NCBI GenBank assembly: GCA_963837455.1
Contig: CAWINM010000001.1
Span: 452,832-516,831 of the forward strand
Reading direction: 5' to 3'
Length of the DNA: 64,000 nucleotides
From: Thermoanaerobaculia bacterium
Lineage (GTDB): Bacteria; Acidobacteriota; Thermoanaerobaculia; Multivoradales; JAIOJS01
A model generated the notes under the pieces. It saw nothing but the letters and a program-made list of their open reading frames with translations. It was not told the origin of the DNA and ran no database searches. Position 1 is the first letter of the stretch; every line of letters begins with the position of its first letter. Of this stretch, positions 60,914 through 64,000 are shown piece after piece. Made by a program: the position numbers and the translations under genes.

Positions 60914-62413
60914 ATGTCCGATCGTGCGGAGGTGTCTCGGGTAGGGATTCACAGCCTCGTCGGCGCGGCGATCCTGGGGTTCGCCGGCCTGGTGGCCATG
61001 CCGGCGGTGTCCGGCGCGCAGTCAGGGCCGGCGGCGAAGGTCACCGCGACCTGCAGTGACGCCGAGCGCCTGCGCGCGCTCGAGCGGCAGGTGGAGGAGC
61101 TGCGGGCGCAGCTCGCGGCGCTGCGCGCGGCGCAGGCCGCGACGCCGGCAAGCGCAGGCGCGGCGCCGCCCACCGGCGCCACCGCACCGGCGCCCGACGT
61201 CGCCGAGCTGGCGCGCCGCATCGAGGTGCTGGCCGCCGAGGTCGAGCGGCTCGAGCTCGGCGAGGCGGCCGCGGCGCCGGCGGCGGAGCACGGCACCTAC
61301 GGGCTCGGTCCGGCAGCCTCGAAGGTCTACCAAGGCGGCCACGGCGTCTCGCTCGGCGGCTACGGCGAGCTGCTCTACCAGCGCTTCGCCGGCACCGACC
61401 AGTCGGGGGAGCCTTCCGGGCAGACCGACCAGATCGACTTGCTGCGCGGCGTCGTCTACGTCGGCTACAAGTTCGACGACCACTTCCTCTTCAACTCCGA
61501 GATCGAGTTCGAGCACAGCGGCTCGAGCGACGCCCACGAGGAGGGGGAGGCCGGGCTCGAGTTCGCCTACGTGGACTACCTTTCCCGGCCCGCCTTCAAC
61601 GTGCGCGCGGGGCTCGTCCTGCTGCCGGTGGGCTTCCTCAACGAGCTGCACGAGCCGCCGGTGTTCCTCGGCGCGCGGCGCAACGACGTCGAGCAGGTGA
61701 TCCTTCCCTCGACCTGGCGCTCGCCCGGCTTCGGGCTCTTCGGCGGCGGTGCCTCTTGGAGCTACCGCACCTACGTCGTCAACGGGCTCGACGCCTCGCG
61801 CTTCACCGCCGATGGCGGGGTGAGCGAGTCGCGCGAGAGCCTGGCCGCCAAGGCGCGCGCCGAGGACTTCGCCTGGGTGGGGCGGCTCGACTACACCGGC
61901 ACGCCAGGCCTCGTCGCCGGGGTCTCGGCGTATGGCGGGGACTCCGGTCAGGGGATGCTCGACGGCGATGGGCGGACCCTCGACGCCAGGACCTCGATCC
62001 TCGAGGTCCACACCGAGTGGCGCTGGCGCGGCCTTCGCGTGCGCGCCCTCGCCGCGCGCGGCAGGATCGCGGACACCGCCCGCCTCAACGACGCCCTCGG
62101 GCTGGCGGGGGAGGAGGCGGTGGGCAGCGAGCAGCGCGGCGCCTACGTCGAGGCCGGGTACGACCTCCTCGCCGCCTGGCCGCACGGCAGTCAGTCGCTG
62201 ACGCCGTTCCTGCGCGTCGAGTCGCTCGACAGCCAGCACCGGGTGGCCGACGGTTTCGCGCGCGACCCGGCGAACGATCGACGCATCCTGACGCTGGGCC
62301 TGCAGTACCAACCGATCGACCCGCTGGTCGTCAAGGTCGACTGGCAGCGGATGCGCAACGGGGCGCGCACGGGGGTGAACCAGCTCAATGTGGCGCTGGG
62401 CTACCTGTTCTAG
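60914..62413 (+). CDS. outer-membrane beta-barrel porin with N-terminal coiled-coil (phosphate-porin O/P- or OprB-like)
   Basis: Signal peptide and heptad-repeat segment (LRALERQVEELRAQLAALRAAQ...). A beta-barrel pattern follows, ending in ...LNVALGYLF. Confidence 0.7.
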   Translation: MSDRAEVSRVGIHSLVGAAILGFAGLVAMPAVSGAQSGPAAKVTATCSDAERLRALERQVEELRAQLAALRAAQAATPASAGAAPPTGATAPAPDVAELARRIEVLAAEVERLELGEAAAAPAAEHGTYGLGPAASKVYQGGHGVSLGGYGELLYQRFAGTDQSGEPSGQTDQIDLLRGVVYVGYKFDDHFLFNSEIEFEHSGSSDAHEEGEAGLEFAYVDYLSRPAFNVRAGLVLLPVGFLNELHEPPVFLGARRNDVEQVILPSTWRSPGFGLFGGGASWSYRTYVVNGLDASRFTADGGVSESRESLAAKARAEDFAWVGRLDYTGTPGLVAGVSAYGGDSGQGMLDGDGRTLDARTSILEVHTEWRWRGLRVRALAARGRIADTARLNDALGLAGEEAVGSEQRGAYVEAGYDLLAAWPHGSQSLTPFLRVESLDSQHRVADGFARDPANDRRILTLGLQYQPIDPLVVKVDWQRMRNGARTGVNQLNVALGYLF

Positions 62414-63092
62414 ACACTCCCGGCCCGGCCCGGCCGGGAGCGCCGGCGCGCACCGTCCATCCGGGCGCGCCCACGCGGCCGCCCTGGCGGTGCTCGCCTC
62501 CGTGGCCCTCGGTCCGCCGGCCTCGGCGCGGGTCCTGCTGCGCGCCGAGGAAGCGCTCCGTCTCGCCTTCCCGGGCTGCGAGGTGGAGCGCGCCAGCGTC
62601 TTCCTCACCGAGGCGCAGCTCGCGCGGGCCCGCGAGCTCGCCGGCGAGCCGGTACGCAGCGCCCTGGTGCCGCTCTACCGCGCGCGCTGCGGCGGCAAGC
62701 CCGGCGGCACGGCCTACGTCGACGTCCACACCGTGCGCACCTTGCGGGAGACGCTCCTCGTGATCCTCGACACCGGTGGCCGCGTCGCTCGCGTCGAGGT
62801 GCTGGCCTTCGACGAGCCGGCCGACTACCTTCCCCGTGCGCCGTGGTACGCGCGGTTCGAGGGCCGCAGCCTCGATGCCGAGCTGCGCCTCGCACGCGGC
62901 ATCCCGCCGGTCACCGGCGCCTCGCTGACGGCGCGCGCCACCACCGCGGCCGTGCGGCGGGTGCTCGCCATCCACCAGGCGATCGCCGAGACGACGGCGC
63001 CGGCGCCGCAGGCATCGCCCGCTCCGCGAGGGCAGGCCGGCCCACCACCGCCACCCCCACCCCGGTCCGGCAACGGCGGGCGCACCCGGTGA
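62388..63092 (+). CDS. FMN-binding-domain protein (ApbE flavinylation substrate candidate; motif PVTGASLT)
   Basis: FMN_bind-like C-terminal region with a [ST]GA[ST] flavinylation motif (TGAS). Signal-anchor. Pro-rich tail. Confidence 0.65.
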   Translation: MWRWATCSRHSRPGPAGSAGAHRPSGRAHAAALAVLASVALGPPASARVLLRAEEALRLAFPGCEVERASVFLTEAQLARARELAGEPVRSALVPLYRARCGGKPGGTAYVDVHTVRTLRETLLVILDTGGRVARVEVLAFDEPADYLPRAPWYARFEGRSLDAELRLARGIPPVTGASLTARATTAAVRRVLAIHQAIAETTAPAPQASPAPRGQAGPPPPPPPRSGNGGRTR

Positions 63093-63571
63093 GGCGCTGG
63101 GAGGCCTGGTCGGTCCACGTCTCGACCCTGCTGGTGGGGAGCAGCGGCGTCGTCTACGCCTGCATCCGCTACCTGCTGCCGCCCGCCGATCCCTACTCGA
63201 GGGTGGCCAGCCCCCTGCAGCCGCGGGTACAGCACCTGCACGTGCTGGCGGCGCCGTTGCTCGTCTTCGCGATCGGCCTCATCTGGCGGCATCACGCCTG
63301 GAGCCACTGGCGCACGGGCGGGCGGGAACGACGCTCGAGCGGCCTCAACCTGCTGGCGGCCGTTGCCCCGATGGTGGCCTCCGGCTACCTGCTGCAGACC
63401 TCCGTGAGCGAGGGGTGGCGCCAGGCGTGGGTCGTCGTCCACCTCCTCGCCTCGGCGCTCTTCCTCGCCGGCTACGCCGGTCACCTGGTGGCGGCCTGGG
63501 CCGGTCGGCGGCGACGCCGTGCGAGCGAACGCCGCGCCGCTCCTGCAGGGGTCCCGGCCGGCGCCCATTGA
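63089..63571 (+). CDS. His-rich 4-TM membrane protein (cytochrome-b-like / DUF4405-like candidate)
   Basis: The GTG start overlaps the upstream stop (GTGA). Four predicted TM helices, each with conserved His residues. Confidence 0.5.
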   Translation: MRRWEAWSVHVSTLLVGSSGVVYACIRYLLPPADPYSRVASPLQPRVQHLHVLAAPLLVFAIGLIWRHHAWSHWRTGGRERRSSGLNLLAAVAPMVASGYLLQTSVSEGWRQAWVVVHLLASALFLAGYAGHLVAAWAGRRRRRASERRAAPAGVPAGAH

Positions 63572-63625
63572 GCTCGAAGGCGCCGCGGCGCTAACATCTT
63601 GCTGCCGGCCGCGGGCCGGACCTCA

Positions 63626-64000
63626 TGCAGACGGTCACGCCCGAGCCGATCCGCTACACGCTCACCTTCCCGGCCCCCGAAACCCACTACGTCGAGATCG
63701 ACGTCTCGCTACCCACCGGTGGGCAGCCCGTGCTGGAGCTGTTCCAGCCGGTGTGGACGCCGGGGTCGTACAGGATTCGCGACTACCCGCGCCACGTCGA
63801 GGGCCTGCGTGCCGAGAGCACCGGGGGCAACCTCCTGCCGCTCGAGAAGCTGCGCAAGAACCACTGGCGTCTCACCACCTGGGGAGCGCCTCGCGTCCAC
63901 CTGCTCTATCGCGTCTACGCCCGCGAGCTCACGGTGCGCACCAACTTCGTCGACCGCGACTTCGCGCTGCTCAACGGTGCCGCGACCTTCCTCACCCTCG
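63626..64000 (+). CDS. M61-family (glycyl aminopeptidase-like) metallopeptidase, 5' partial (continues beyond window)
   Basis: The N-terminal beta-sandwich region with PVWTPGSYRIRDYPRHV resembles the M61 N-terminus. Confidence 0.55.

Overview
This 64 kb window is very GC-rich (about 70-72%) and gene-dense, with roughly 50 protein-coding genes on both strands. I found no rRNA, tRNA, CRISPR array, transposase or integrase. The source is probably a Gram-negative bacterium: several outer-membrane beta-barrels end in a C-terminal Phe and there are many lipobox signal peptides. An 818-aa duplicated FtsX 'ADOP-type' orphan permease hints at an Acidobacteriota- or Gemmatimonadota-like genome, but this is inference only.

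Two regions stand out.

1. Alpha-glucan/maltodextrin locus (13.7-26.6 kb). Eight co-directional minus-strand genes (15558-26564) run in this order: lipoprotein GH13 amylase, MalK-like ATPase, MalE-like binding protein, MalF and MalG-like permeases, a secreted protein, a large 726-aa outer-membrane beta-barrel, and a second secreted protein paralogous to the first. A second lipoprotein GH13 amylase (13718..15490, + strand) faces this cluster from the other side, and a perfect 14-bp hairpin separates the two. The MalF, MalG and MalK genes carry six or more single-base frameshifts, whereas MalE and both amylases are intact.

2. Flavinylation cluster (59.6-63.6 kb). An ApbE flavin transferase is followed by a coiled-coil outer-membrane porin, an FMN-binding-domain protein with a TGAS flavinylation motif, and a His-rich 4-TM membrane protein. 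This looks like a candidate extracytosolic electron-transfer module.

The remaining genes comprise an ECF sigma factor with a cognate vWA/YfbK anti-sigma factor, PepF, RNase HII, a LolD/FtsX/LolA-like ABC module, HemY, a FadJ-like beta-oxidation fusion enzyme, an Hbd-like dehydrogenase, a PlsB-like acyltransferase, a reprolysin-like secreted metalloprotease, and a membrane sensor with an unusual Cys-rich C-terminal motif. A short atypical-composition islet holds a Uma2 endonuclease and a 68-aa ORF.

Single-base indels disrupt about ten genes in total. They could be sequencing errors or genuine gene decay.

All coordinates come from manual reading plus the supplied ORF track. Start codons are approximate.
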